A stretch of 64,000 nt of DNA. Source: Eledone cirrhosa. Lineage: Eukaryota. Shown in pieces: positions 1 to 14,318 of this stretch. Where the stretch lies: the NCBI GenBank assembly GCA_964016885.1, contig OZ024741.1:119722001-119786000 (forward strand). Reading direction: 5' to 3'. Numbering within the stretch: the stretch's first letter is position 1; each line of letters starts with the position of its first letter. The position numbers and the translations under genes are program-made. The notes below the pieces were generated by a model. That model made no database searches, was not told where the DNA came from, and was given only the letters and a program-made list of their open reading frames with translations.

Positions 1-234
1 ACAGTACAAAATATAAATAGAATTCATAATAGAAACTTAAATTTAAACCCTAACCAATCTAACCAAAATAGCAATAATAATATTTCTAACAACAATATTC
101 AGAATAACAGTACCGTTCTGAACAACAATAACTCCAGTAAATGTAACTGTAGAATCAAATCAAACTGCCCTTTACAAAATAATTGCTTAGACAAAAACAT
201 AGTTTATAAATGCACAGTTAAAACTAGAGACAAA

Positions 235-570
235 ATGTTTATCTATGTTGGTGCCACTTCAACAAAATTCAAAGAACGTTGGAATAACCATAATCATACA
301 TTTAGGAGATCTGATAAAAAATATTCTACTTCACTTTCACATCTTATTTGGAATTTAAAAGACAACAATATAGACTATTCAATATCTTGGAGAACGATTT
401 CGAAAGCACCTGCATACCGAAATACTACTTTATCAAAATTCTGTAAATTGTGTATCGAAGACATTTTTTATATAATTAACTGTCAAAACTCTATTAATCT
501 CAGAACAGAATTATTTTCTTCCTGCAAACATCGCCAAAATTCCACGTTCAGAACTATTTTTAATTTATAA
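235..570 (+). pseudogene. GIY-YIG endonuclease C-terminus of Penelope-like ORF
   Basis: YVGATSTKFKERWNNH, SLSHLIW, CKLC...ELFSSCKH. Confidence 0.8.
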
Positions 571-1674
571 TATTCCTATACACCTTCAAAATTATTCTAC
601 CTTTTTAAAAATTTAAATGTAAATTTTTTAATATTTTTAATATTTTTAATATTTTTTTAATATTTTTAATATTTCAAACATTTTTTAATATCTCTAATAT
701 TTATAATATTTTTAATATATATATTTAATATTTTAATTTCCGACATTATTTTAATTCTGACATTATTTTTAATTCCGACATTATTTTTCTAAGGGCACCC
801 CTATAAATATATTTTTAGATGTAGATTGATAATCTTTAAATGACATTCTGAAAATTTATCCTCTTTTACGATAGATCTTCGAAAAACACATTACATTTTT
901 CCTCTCTCTTTTTGTTATTCAAACATTCACACATCTTTCGACTAAAATAATGGATCTCACATAAAATAGTATATAATTTTCTCTATATATTTTGGAGTAA
1001 ATCATTCATCTAATTTAATGGTTAACAAACAAAGAATTTGAGTTATCTTTCCTTTCTCAATCGTGCAAACATAAACATAGTATGTTTGATAATCTGTATA
1101 GCTTCGCTAAATTAACAATATTCTGAAAACATTTTCAATGTTGAACAAAATTTTTGAATCCACAAATTGTTCTACTCTCACAATTTGAACCACCTATTTT
1201 TAAGTAAAATACAAATTCAACTTCCTTCGTAACTCATATTTGATATATAAACAACTAATATATACGCAATTTATTAATATATATATATATATTTATATAC
1301 ATATAACCTATCGTAATGTAATAAGATAAAAATACAACCATAATTCTTCATTTAATCTAATTGATTATATATACAATATTATAACTCATAATATAGGTAA
1401 ATAAATCTTTTCCCCCAAATTAACGTAAATGCTAGCTCTTCTTCCTTTCTCTTCTTTCCTATGCATACAATAACTTATCATAGTTATTTAAATTTTCCAT
1501 AGCGTCTAAAATAACGTTTTTTTCAGCCCTTTTACCTAAACCTCATTTGCATACTCATCTTAATAATTTGAAATATCTAACTTTTATTCTCTTTTCCCTT
1601 CATTATCCAAGGATAACTTGAACCGTTAAGGTATATTCTCCTTGGTTATGTCAACATTTATAAAACACACTTCG

Positions 1675-1735
1675 TATTTTATCTGATGATAGCGTACCAA
1701 CATTTTGGTACCCTTGAAATATATATAATAGAATA
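1675..1735 (+). ncRNA. Type I hammerhead ribozyme in Penelope pLTR
   Basis: tattttat-CTGATGA-t-agcgtaccaa/ttggtaccct-t-GAAA-tatata-TA-atagaata; stems I and II pair, stem III is palindromic. Confidence 0.8.
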
Positions 1736-1844
1736 AATATGGTTTTATAAATATAGTTTCCATTTATTTAATATCATTGTATATTATACTCCAGAAAAAA
1801 CATTTATATTTGTTGAATTACCAACAAATTGAATATCCCTTTTG

Positions 1845-2612
<768 letters not shown>

Positions 2613-3164
2613 AATCAAGGGAGTGTAAACAGAAAATATCTTTAAAAATAATCATAAATAATTAAATTCCAAAACATTCACTGTACTTACTATATGTACC
2701 TTTACCGCGGTTTCAGATCCCAAATAAATAGACAATCCAAGTGGATTTACATTGAGAAAGAGATCATCGTCAGAAGGCTTTTCTCTCTCGGAGAATATAA
2801 AATTCCCAAGTTCAAATTACAAACTAGTGCCATACCAAACTGCCTTAGAATGAATGAATCAGTCATGGTTAGGAACGCGTGCAAAGGCGAAAGCACGTTG
2901 GACAGGTCAATCTAATGCTACTAAAAATAGCGGCTATACGAATGACCGAAGGTCTCTCTACCATTGGGAAGAATAATAATAAAAGTATGTGTCTTATATA
3001 TAATTAATGCATACAGGGATACAAGTATAGTCCGTATGCCAGAGTGGTTCAATAGCAAGTTAATAAATTAACAAGCCAGAACATATAAAATCAAGCGAGT
3101 GTAAACAGAAAATATCTTAAAAAATAATAATAAATAATTAAATTCCAAAATATTCACTGTACTT
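2613..3164 (-). mobile_element. Small non-coding HHR element with terminal direct repeats (retrozyme-like or solo pLTR)
   Basis: Repeats at 2613-2688 and 3089-3164 (period ~476); HHR inside; TA tracts on both sides. Confidence 0.7.
2699..2777 (-). ncRNA. Type I hammerhead ribozyme
   Basis: Minus strand: cctt-CTGACGA-t-gatct...ggatc-t-GAAA-CCGCGG-TA-aagg. Confidence 0.8.
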
Positions 3165-3256
3165 TTGGAATTAATATATATATAGACGGCTATTTCTGGA
3201 CTAAATTAGAATTTTTAGCCTGGCATATATAGCCTGGTATATGTATGTATATATAT

Positions 3257-3386
<130 letters not shown>

Positions 3387-3578
3387 GTATATATATGTAT
3401 ATATATATATATGTATATACATATATATATATATGTATATATATGTAGATAAATCTACCAAGAGTTTACGGTAGTGTCCAATCCGTATGAAGAACTCAAT
3501 GTATTCCGGATATCATGGAAAGAAGAGATGTAATGAAAAATCACTTTCGGTGAAAGATAAACGGTATACAGAGTCAAG

Positions 3579-4195
3579 ATAAAATATTAAACAAATAATG
3601 AATAAACAATTCCTTATATTAAACAAAAAAAGTTCATTATTTAACGATCATTTCTAGGATATATATGTGTTAGAATTGGTATGCATATTCAACAGATCTA
3701 TGTACAAAATTATACAAAATTATACAAATTATCAAGATTAAATATACATACCAAACACATATCTAAATATAAAAATACATATATGCGCATGCAAATATGA
3801 ATGTAAGATTGTGTGTGTATATATGAGTGTGTGTATGTATGTATATATGTGTATATATGCATGTATGTATGTATGTGTATGTGAATGTGTGTATGTATAT
3901 GTGTATGTATATATATATATGTGTATATATATGTATATATGTATATATAGGAATATATATATATATATATATATGTATATGTATATGTATGTGTATGTAT
4001 GTGTGTGTATGTGTGTTGTATATATATGTATGTCTCTCTATTTATATGTCTATCTTCGTATCTATGTGATATATGTGTGTGTGTGTGCATGTATGCACAT
4101 ATATGTGTTTATGTGTATATATGTGTATGTGTGTATATATGTGTGTGTGCACACACATATATATGTGAGTGTGTATATGTGTCTGTGTATATGTA

Positions 4196-4239
<44 letters not shown>

Positions 4240-4325
4240 TGTCTATGTGTGAATATATGTCTATATTCGTATGTGTGTATATATGTATGTATATGTTTAT
4301 ATGTATATATATATATATATGTATG

Positions 4326-4364
<39 letters not shown>

Positions 4365-4600
4365 TTTTATTATTATAATATAACTTATGTGTATGTGTGT
4401 ATAAGTGAGGTTGTGTATGTGTATATAATATGTGTATATATAAGTGTAAAAAAATATATATATATGTGCATGTCTGTTTTTTATGTGTGTGTATATATAT
4501 ATATATACGTGTGTATATATATGTATATGTGGGTGTTTGTATGTGTATTTATGGTGGTATGAGTGTGTGGGTATCTATATATATATATATATGTATGAAT

Positions 4601-4662
<62 letters not shown>

Positions 4663-5021
4663 ATATATGTCTCTATTAATGCGTGTATATATGTATATAC
4701 ATATGCCTTTTTATTATTATTTTTATTTGTATGTCTGAGTTAGGTGAGGTTGTAGTGGTGTTTTTATGTATATACGCATATATGGATGCGTATGTATTTG
4801 TATATATGAGTATAAGTAAGTGCATATGTATGTATGATTATATATCTAATTCTATGTATGAATATACATGTATATATATGTGTGTATGTAAGTTGTGTGT
4901 GTATGTATGTATATGTCTATGTGTGTATATATATATGTATGTATATCGATGTACGTGTATGTATGTACATGTATGTCTATGTATGTGTGTATGTATGTGT
5001 ATGTATATTTAGGTGTATGTG

Positions 5022-5064
<43 letters not shown>

Positions 5065-5126
5065 ATATATATATGTATATATCTTTATTATTTATTTTTT
5101 ATATATATGTGTATGTGTGTATGTGT

Positions 5127-5157
<31 letters not shown>

Positions 5158-5361
5158 CTTTATATATGTGTATGTGTATGTTCGTGTAGGTGTATGTGTG
5201 TGTATGACTTTATATGTATGTGTGTATGTGTGTATGCGTAAATATTTCTATGTGTGTGTACATGTATGTATGTGTGTATATCTGTATGTGTGTGTATGTG
5301 TATTTGTATGTGTATATATATATATATATATATATGTTATATATATATATGTATATGTATA

Positions 5362-5397
<36 letters not shown>

Positions 5398-5710
5398 TAT
5401 GTTTTTCTATTTGTATATGTATGTGTGTATAGGTATATACCTTTCTCTTTGTATTTCTAAGTTGTGTGATAGTGTAGTGGTGTTTGTATGTATATACCGA
5501 TATATAGATGCGTAAGTATTTGTCTGTATGTATATATGTAAGTCTGTATATATTTGTGTGTATATATAGCTATGTATGTGTATATCTGTATGTATATTAG
5601 TATGTAAGTGTTGTATATGTGCATGTATGTGTGTGGTTATATATATCTGTGTCTATATAGTATGTGTGATTATATGTATATGTGTGTGTATATGTACGTG
5701 TATATACATA

Positions 5711-5773
<63 letters not shown>

Positions 5774-6859
5774 TTTTGTATGTATATGTGTATATCTATG
5801 TATATGTTTATATATGTGTGTGTATGTATGTTCTTAGTGTGGATGTGTGTATATGTATGTATGTGTTTGTATATGTGTGTATATTTATGTATGTGTGTGT
5901 GTGTGTCTATGTGTATATATATGTATATTATATATATATATATGTGTGTGTATATATATATATATATATATGTATGTGTATATATGTATATATATATATA
6001 TTTATTTTCTTGATATATTTCTTTTTTCTTTTTTCTTTTTTCTGTTTTTCTTTCTATTCTTTCCTCTTTAATGTTTATTTATTATATTTTATTTTTTTAT
6101 TTTCTTAGTTTATAGATACATCTATATTAGGCAGTCTGCTCAGACCGTTGAATACTGACCTCCCCCCCCCTCCCACCTAATTTCTGTATCTTGATCTAAA
6201 AATGTGTGTGCCAGTGTTTTATGTGAGTGAATTAATATCCATGTGCTTATGATTTTATATCCACATATATAAATGTGAGTGGGGGTGTGTGTGTGTTTGT
6301 ATGTTCGTGGTTATGTGTATATTTATGCATATACGCGCGTGTATGTATGATTGTACGGATATGTGTGAGTATGAAAAAATATATTTATATACTTAATTTC
6401 ATAAGTGTCAATACGCATCTTATCTGTGCATTATAAACTTACAGAGACATTAACCTTGAAATTTTGTATTTGCATCCATCCTTTTAGTATGCGTATACAA
6501 ATTATACATACATTTTTGTAAAATATGTGTAAGGGTTTTACATGTATATACACACACCGAACTGCATTTAACCCTTTGTGTTTTCATTGGTCAATTTTGT
6601 TCCCAAACGGACCTGAAATTTTGAATTGTTGTTATTATCAATAAATATACTTCATTATTTCTGAAGACGGCGTATATATGTGTTTGGTATGTATATTTAA
6701 TCTTGATAATTTGTATAATTTTGTATAATTTTGTACATAGATCTGTTGAATATGCCTACCAATTCTAACACATATATATCCTAGAAACGATCGTTAAATA
6801 ATGAACTTTTTTTGTTTAATATAAGGAATTGTTTATTCATTATTTGTTTAATATTTTAT
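3579..6859 (+). mobile_element. Non-coding Penelope-like element: 184-bp inverted ends around degenerate TA/TG microsatellite, with 3' HHR
   Basis: 3579-3762 is the reverse complement of 6676-6859 with ~2 mismatches; followed by a TA tract. Confidence 0.65.
6651..6805 (+). ncRNA. Type I hammerhead ribozyme with long stem II insert
   Basis: ttcattattt-CTGAAGA-...tatatatgtgtt...aacacatatata...-GAAA-CGATCG-TT-aaataatgaa; perfect 10-bp stem I. Confidence 0.75.
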
Positions 6860-7003
6860 ATGTATATATATATATGTATATATATAATGTATATATATAT
6901 ATGTATATACATATATATATGTATATATACATACATATATATATATGTATATATACATACATATATATATATGTATATATATATATATGTATATATATAT
7001 ATG

Positions 7004-7050
<47 letters not shown>

Positions 7051-7051
7051 G

Positions 7052-7084
<33 letters not shown>

Positions 7085-7314
7085 GTATATATATATATGT
7101 ATATACATATATATGTATATACATATATATGTATATACATATATATGCATATACATATATATATATGTATATATATATATGTATATATATATATGTATAT
7201 ACATATATATGTATATACATATATATGTATATATATATATGTATATACATATATATATATGTATATATATATATGTATATATATATGTATATATATATGT
7301 ATAAATGTATATAC

Positions 7315-7347
<33 letters not shown>

Positions 7348-7383
7348 TATATACATATATATGTATATGTATGTATATGTATG

Positions 7384-7418
<35 letters not shown>

Positions 7419-7501
7419 GTATATATATATATATATGTATATACATATATTTATATATATATACATATATATGTATATGTATGTATATATGTATATGTAT
7501 G

Positions 7502-7534
<33 letters not shown>

Positions 7535-7640
7535 GTATATATATATATATATGTATATACATATACATGTATATATATATGTATATATATATATATGTAT
7601 TTATATATATATATGTATTTATATGTATATATATGTATTT
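6860..7640. repeat. Degenerate (TA)n microsatellite
   Basis: Direct reading. Confidence 0.95.
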
Positions 7641-9186
7641 ATTAAAATAACAGATTAAAGTCTTCAAATTTATTATTATTACTATATATATATATGTATA
7701 TAGTAATATTATAAATGTGAAGACTAAAATCCAAAGAGAGCTCGATAAGGATAAGTATATATCATATATATAATAACCCTAGAGCAAATATCTATTAAAA
7801 TAACAGATTAAAGTTTAAGCAAAGAATCGCTGCTTTCACCCTTAAAGGGATCTTCTGAAACTAAAAAAATCAATCTGTGAACGCAGAAGTAAATATTTCG
7901 AAAAACGTCGCAACCGAAGGAAAACAGGAAGACGATAATACTTTGTTTTGTGAAGACGTTCCCTGGCAATGAACGGAAAAAAGCGAAGATAGTACGTCGT
8001 TATGTGGATCGATGAGAACAAATACACACAAAGACAAAACCACGTTTATGGTATAAATGGAGTCGTAGACTAATATTCTATTTAGGAAACCGAATGATTC
8101 TCGGCTTCGGAGTAAAGAATAATGGAAACAAATTAGTTGAACGAAAATGACAGAGGTTATTAAACTCATAAAAGTAATAATAATACATATAATACATATA
8201 CATGTCTACATACACGTGCATACGCGAAAACACACGCCATACATGCATATACATGCACGAACACACAAACACACGTACGTAAACCCGCGCGACACATGTA
8301 CCCGCACACATACAAACGTATGCACAAAATACACATACAAAAATATATATATGTGTGTGTGTGTGTGTATATACATATAATTATATAAACGTATATAAAT
8401 ATATACACATTATACGTATATAACGCACACACACACATACCTACAGGTAAATACACCAAACGTACATATACCAAAACCCAATGTACACATATACGCACCT
8501 TACATACGTTCAAACACTCATCCACGCATACAAATATACACGCACAAACACGAAATACGCATATACACATAACCATATACACACATAATTAGTAAATGAT
8601 TGCGAAGGCCATATGAAGTTCCTGATAAATTTATTCCAATGAGCTATTATACATATTTCTCTGGGGTCGATGATAAGGCGATGCTATCACCACGTAACCA
8701 TCGACCCCAGAGATTAATAATTCATATGTATAATAGGTCATTGGAATTCATTTATGAAGAACTTCGTATGACTTTTGCATATAATAGTGAGAGATGGGGA
8801 GAGCGGGAGAGACGGAGGCAGTGAGTGAAAGAGAGAGAGAGAGAGAGAGAGAACATCAACGCACACACGCACTTGATAAGTCCGTCCTGTAGATTCTTCA
8901 AGGAACTGAAGTTTTCTTCCTATTTTATAAGCCGGTGTCACGTTACTGAAAAAGTAGGTTCTATGAATGAAAACAAGGAGTGGGGCCTGTCTTAAAATTT
9001 TGATATGAGAGTTGACATTCTATTCTACGGAAGACGTAAATCAAAGCTAAACATCATTTACTGTGTGAGCGTGCTCAATAGAAAAGACAAACACACTTCC
9101 TATCTCCAAAATTAGGATAAGTTTATTCTACACTAGTATTTGGGCGTGTGTAATATGAATTGTTTTAGCAAAATGCAGACGTAGTG

Positions 9187-9188
<2 letters not shown>

Positions 9189-9263
<75 letters not shown>
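9189..9263. repeat. (CA)n microsatellite
   Basis: Direct reading. Confidence 0.95.
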
Positions 9264-9267
<4 letters not shown>

Positions 9268-9661
9268 TAATGTTAACATATTCAAAGGAAATCCCAGACT
9301 CTGAGAAAAAAGAAATAGACTTTTTTCTTTCTATTTATTTAATCCCGAACTATTTGATTTGATGGCAAATGAAACCAACAGAGTCAAAAGGGCCCAATTG
9401 AAAGTGGCGTAACATAACTGCATCTGAAACGAAGGCCTATATTGCCTTTCAAATGATGATGGGGATTGTTTCTGTACCAAATCAAGACATGTATTTCTTA
9501 AAAGACAACTTGTTCCGGTTTACAAGGATTAGATATTCAATATAATCTCCGAAACATTTTCGAACAGAAAAAAGAAAAAAAATGTATTATGCGACAGCTC
9601 ACCTTAAATATGTTCGTAGAACGTTCAAATATAGAACGTCCCACATTTTATATCTTAGCTG

Positions 9662-11999
9662 TATAACAAAACACTGGTGTGTATGAATATAACAAAGATG
9701 CTCGGTTGTGTATATAAAGTTTAATTAACAAGTTGAAGTTATGTAGTATCGAATTGTTGACATGTCAAGAGTAGATGAAATATGAAGTAAAGTTATTTGT
9801 TACCGTTTTGAAGTTAGCTCGCAAGAGACCATGTTAGGGTTGCCAGAGAGTAGAGACTCGGCGAACGCGCCTGGTCGAAGGCCAGCAGCCGAAAGGGCAA
9901 ATGAGAGAGAGACAGCCTGGAGCTGTCCCTTTTATATGGTCCCTGGAAGAAGTGACAAAGAAGGCAACCACAACGGGAAGTAACTCCAGCTACTTCCCGT
10001 CTAGAGAGCGTTACTCTATTGGTGATGTGATCGTCACAACAAGGGAGGCAACTCTTGCTACATTATCCCCCGCCAGATTTTTAAAACATAAAAATCGAAT
10101 GAACCATGTATGAAGTAAGATGGCGAGCATGTTGTAACACCAAAGTCCAGGCATGAAAATTATGAAAAAAATAATGTTTGCAATAAAAGCAAAATAGCAA
10201 AATATAAGCATGCAAAAATTAATGATAGATATCAAGGTAGCCAACGGTTCTTGGCCAGGAACGACTGGACATCTATCTATCCATCACTCAAAGATACTAT
10301 GTAATCAAACTAAAAGAAGAGGTCAAAGTTCAAATGTTCAAAATACAGTTCACAGGTGTGCAATCACATGACAGCAGGAAAGAAAATGTGTCCTCCAGAG
10401 AATGTATGCAGGTGGTCTCTAGACTGTGGTACAACGTGAAATTCGGTGGGATTTTCTCACAGGAAGAGTGCTGCAAAAATAAATTCTTTGGTTTGTTCTG
10501 CTGGTTTTGGTTGTTGATGAAGCTGTATTGTTGTTGTTGATGTTGTTGTCTCGCGGAGTGAGCGTATTCGATGTTTAAATTTACAGTAAAAATTTCTCCA
10601 GAAAAAATGAGTTGCACAAATGCTAGAAATAACAGCCAAAGTTGATGGTCGATGTTGAGAATGCGTTGACCTGGAAGGGTCAAGAGGCCAGCGACCAAAG
10701 AAATAAGCATTCTGAATAAATGCGCAGTTTTCAACGGCAAATTTACGTGGTAAATTTTTAAACCGGCAAATAGGAGAATATAGCTTAAGGCTGGGGAATC
10801 CTTGGCAAGAAACATTATCTATGGCGTGTGTTATCTCAGTGAGTCGAGATGTGTGCTGCCCACACGTGCCGAAACAAGGTTAAAGTCAAGTTGAAAAAAA
10901 AAAAATTTCTATTGCGCGAGAAAATGGCGCGAAAATGATAGTGCAACAGGTCGTTGGCAGCCATTTTGAAAAATTTGTGTGTGAACGTGATAATATGATG
11001 AAAAATAAAGAAAGGCTTCACTTGGTATAACAAATATGGCGAGTTCAATTTTTTTTGTAAACGATGAAAAAGGCTTGGTGGAAAGAATAAGCAATAGTTG
11101 AGATTCAGCAAAAATAAATGTTCATGTTGAAATGTGTAAAAAAAAAAAAATCAAATTTCTTTCTTTTCTTTTAAGGTGTTCGTTGTAAGAAGAAACAAAA
11201 TAACATATATATACACCCAGTGAAATGCGACACATAGTTGATGTACGACACGTGCGTGAAAGGCAAACTTTTCTGTTTATTTTGCTTGCTGAGAAAAAAT
11301 CTGTATGCGGAGAGAAATCCATGTCTAAGGAGGTCGGAGGGATTTCTTAGACCGAAAAATAATATCACGTTAGGTGAGAGAAGAAGAGTCTGTCTGAACG
11401 AGAATTTCACATGTGCCTGTGTTCGTTTCTGTGTCTGCGTATTTTTCCTAGTTTGTTAATAAAGTTTGCTGCGTATTCGAAATGTTGGTCCACACATTCC
11501 AACGAAAATGGAGTACTGCTAATTAATTTTCTTTTTTCCATACTCACACAACACCAGATTCTGTTCTTTTTTCTTTTTTTTTTTTCGGGGTCACCATTTA
11601 TAACAAAACACCGGTGTGTATGAATATAACAAAGATGCTCGGTTGTGTATATAAAGTTTAATTAACAAGTTGAAGTTATGTAGTATAGAATTGTTGACAT
11701 GTCAAGAGTAGATGAAATATGAAGTAAAGCTATTTGTTACCGTTTTGAAGTTAGCTCGCAAGAGACCATGTTAGGGTTGCCAGAGAGTAGAGACTCGGCG
11801 AACGCGCCTGATCGAAGGCCAGCAGCCGAAAGGGCAAATGAGAGAGAGACAGCCTGGAGCTGTCCATTTTATATGGTCCCTGGAAGAAGTGACAAAGAAG
11901 GCAACCACAACGGGAAGTAACTCCAGCTACTTCCCGTCTAGAGAGCGTTACTCTATTGGTGATGTGATCGTCACAACAAGGGAGGCAACTCTTGCTACA
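9662..11999 (-). mobile_element. Non-autonomous LTR retrotransposon (401-bp LTRs, non-coding interior)
   Basis: LTRs at 9662-10062 and 11599-11999 with ~5 differences. TSD GCTG (9658-61, 12000-03). PBS TGGTGACCCCGA (tRNA-Trp type, 11585-96, minus). PPT GGCGGGGGATAA (10063-74, minus). Confidence 0.9.
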
Positions 12000-12389
12000 G
12001 CTGTTTATACTTCAATAAATTTGATTTAACAAAATGAACGTTGTTCATACAAAATATGGATCTTTTTTTATAAAAGAAAACATTAGAAAGTCAGAACAGC
12101 TTATTCTTTGTGTAACACTATCGTTGTATGATAATTATCTATTGCGAAATCAACTCTCTGTTACAAATTAAACATTTATTAAAAGCACATTGCCCACGTA
12201 GAACTTTGTGTATAATAGCCAATTTGGTTTTGAAGTATACTTTTCAGATGCAATTGATCCGTAAATGAAATATTTTATCCGAGAAAGAACAACAGCTTAA
12301 GCTTTAAAAACAAAAATATATGAAAAAATTAAAGTTAGATATAATTTCGTCGATGAGTTCGACCTACACCTATTATCATGCCGCCAGAG

Positions 12390-12720
12390 CGCAGACTGGT
12401 TCCCCTACATACCACTCTCAACGAGAGTAATGAGAAGGAAACTCGATGCAGCCAGCTTCCTATCACAACTGGAGTCAGTAGGCCTCGACCATGGTAACGG
12501 CAAGCACCCCGACGGGATTACCCTCTTCCCTTTCGAAGGAGGTAAATTCCTCATCCGGAACGTGACATGTGATACGTTCTCCGCCTCCAACTTAGTAGCC
12601 TCAGCCTCGAACCCCGGTACCGTGGCTCGCAATGCAGAGGACACCTGGCCGATCGCAGCCCGCTCGAAGAAAGAGTCCCGCCAGGTGGGGTAGCTGTTGC
12701 AGCGGAAATGCATTTGCCAT
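12390..12720 (+). pseudogene. CRE-like non-LTR retrotransposon RLE fragment
   Basis: LESVGLDHGNGKHPDGITLFPFEGGK...VTCDTFSASN; similar to 35216-35700. Confidence 0.65.
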
Positions 12721-12899
12721 TTTGTCCGCAGAGCGCAGCCGAAACACCGCTCTGGCATAGGTGTAGAGTCTCTCACCCTCTCACTTTCTCCTTTTCATTC
12801 TTCCTTTGTCTAGTAACCCTTGTTCTTTCCCTCCCTTTCCTCCCATTTATGGCATTTATAGTTCTTCCCAATGCTGCTTTCTTTTTCTGCATGTTTAAC

Positions 12900-13354
12900 C
12901 AAGGATTTGTGTGCTGGAGCATTATCCTGAAGAAACAAGACCCAATTTCGTCAGTTTTCCTGGGAGTTTAGTCTTAAGAGCCTTTCGTAACTGCCTCAAC
13001 AAGTTGGCACAGTACTCTCCATTGATGGTGTGGGCTTTTTGAAGATAGTCAATAAACACAATGCTTTTTGCATCTCCCCAAAAAACCAAGGTCATAACTT
13101 TCCTTGACCTTCTTTGGAGCAGCCATGTCAGCATGAATGTCATTGGGGGCTAAACCCTTCTTCTGCAGGTACTTGATAACACTACGATGTCAAATTTTGT
13201 CCATTTTCACGAGAAGTCGCTAGTTACTTTTGAAATTTTCTTTGAAACAATGCAGTTATAAATAAAAAGAGTTGAAATTAATGTATGCAAGATTTCACAG
13301 CTCTAGCATCACTCCTTTATAGTCAGCCTATAAACTTTTCAGCCCAACTTCGTA
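12900..13354 (-). mobile_element. Internally deleted mariner relic
   Basis: KVMTLVFWGDAKSIVFIDYLQKAHTINGEY; TIR-like end aaacttttcagcccaacttcgta. Confidence 0.75.
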
Positions 13355-13365
13355 CATACAGTTCC

Positions 13366-14318
13366 TAACAATATAAAATACGAATTTTCTTGCCACCCAC
13401 CCTGTAGTACTTATCAGCGAAGGCGCTGACTGGTTAGGGTGTTGAATTGACGATCATAAACTCCTATGTTTGATTCCCTGTATAACATTTTGTCTGTATG
13501 CAAAACATTTTATTTCCCGTTGCTTCAGTCCAACCAGCAGGAAAAAATCATTTATAAAATCATTTACAAAGGGCCAGCTATGTCACACTGTCACACCGAG
13601 TCTTCATGACAACTACCATCACATTGTACGTGTTTCTGGTATGCTCAGTCACTTATATGTTAATTTCACAATCTGGCTGTTGTGTTGATCAAATAAGTGG
13701 AAGACTCGTCGTCAGAATTGACGGTGATCCAATAACAACAATATATTTTAGGTATTGTGTTTCATCCCCATCGTTTCCGACGACTAGCGCTCCAGTCGTT
13801 TGAACAACGGAGCAGCGTACTTGTGAAATGAACGTGAAAGTGGCTGAGCATCCTACAGACATGTACGTCCATAACGTAGTTCTTATGGAGATTGTACGTG
13901 ATACAATGTGTGACATAGTTGGCCGTTTGAATAACAAGTATAATTCATTTCCCTAGTTGAGTTGACTGGAGCAACGCGAAATAAAGTGTTTTGCTCAAGG
14001 ATACAATGTACGACCTTACAACCGTGAACCGAACACCCTAACTACTAAGTCATGCGCTTTAGGTATTAATGTTTGTCCTTTAGTCAAGGAAAGGCAGCAA
14101 ATTGGCAGAGTCGTTAGAACGTCGGATAGAATGATTTGCGGTATTCGTTGTCTCTCTGCTCTCTGCTTTATTCGATGTCAATAAAAAACAAAAAAAACAG
14201 TACCCGCCAAGTACTGGGATTGCTTCTTTCTCTATATTCATTTCTCACTTCCTCTCTCTCATCCTCTATTCTCCACTGGAAGAAATCTGCTCTGTTTTCT
14301 GTTTCGACCTATAGAAGA
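13366..14318 (+). repeat. ~950-bp duplicated block, copy 1
   Basis: Near-identical to 32165-33099. Confidence 0.9.

Larger units (their letters stand above)
1..1847 (+). mobile_element. 3' part of Penelope-like element family A (GIY-YIG end, AT-rich 3' region, pLTR), ending in (TA)n
   Basis: ORF 235-570 plus upstream CNCRIKSNCPL...VYKC..YVG..T.FK.R is a GIY-YIG endonuclease. Homologous to 25560-26902; pLTR 1500-1847 matches 23470-23842. Confidence 0.85.

Noticed and set aside
7812-7862. Minus-strand HHR-like CAGAAGA-tccct/aggg-tGAAA near a 22-bp direct repeat
   Set aside because: Core mutated and stems I and III do not pair convincingly
8658-8713. 15-bp perfect inverted repeat
   Set aside because: Real, but too small to assign; no TSD or function evident
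10330-10815. 161-aa ORF inside the LTR element
   Set aside because: No gag or pol motifs recognised; partly low complexity
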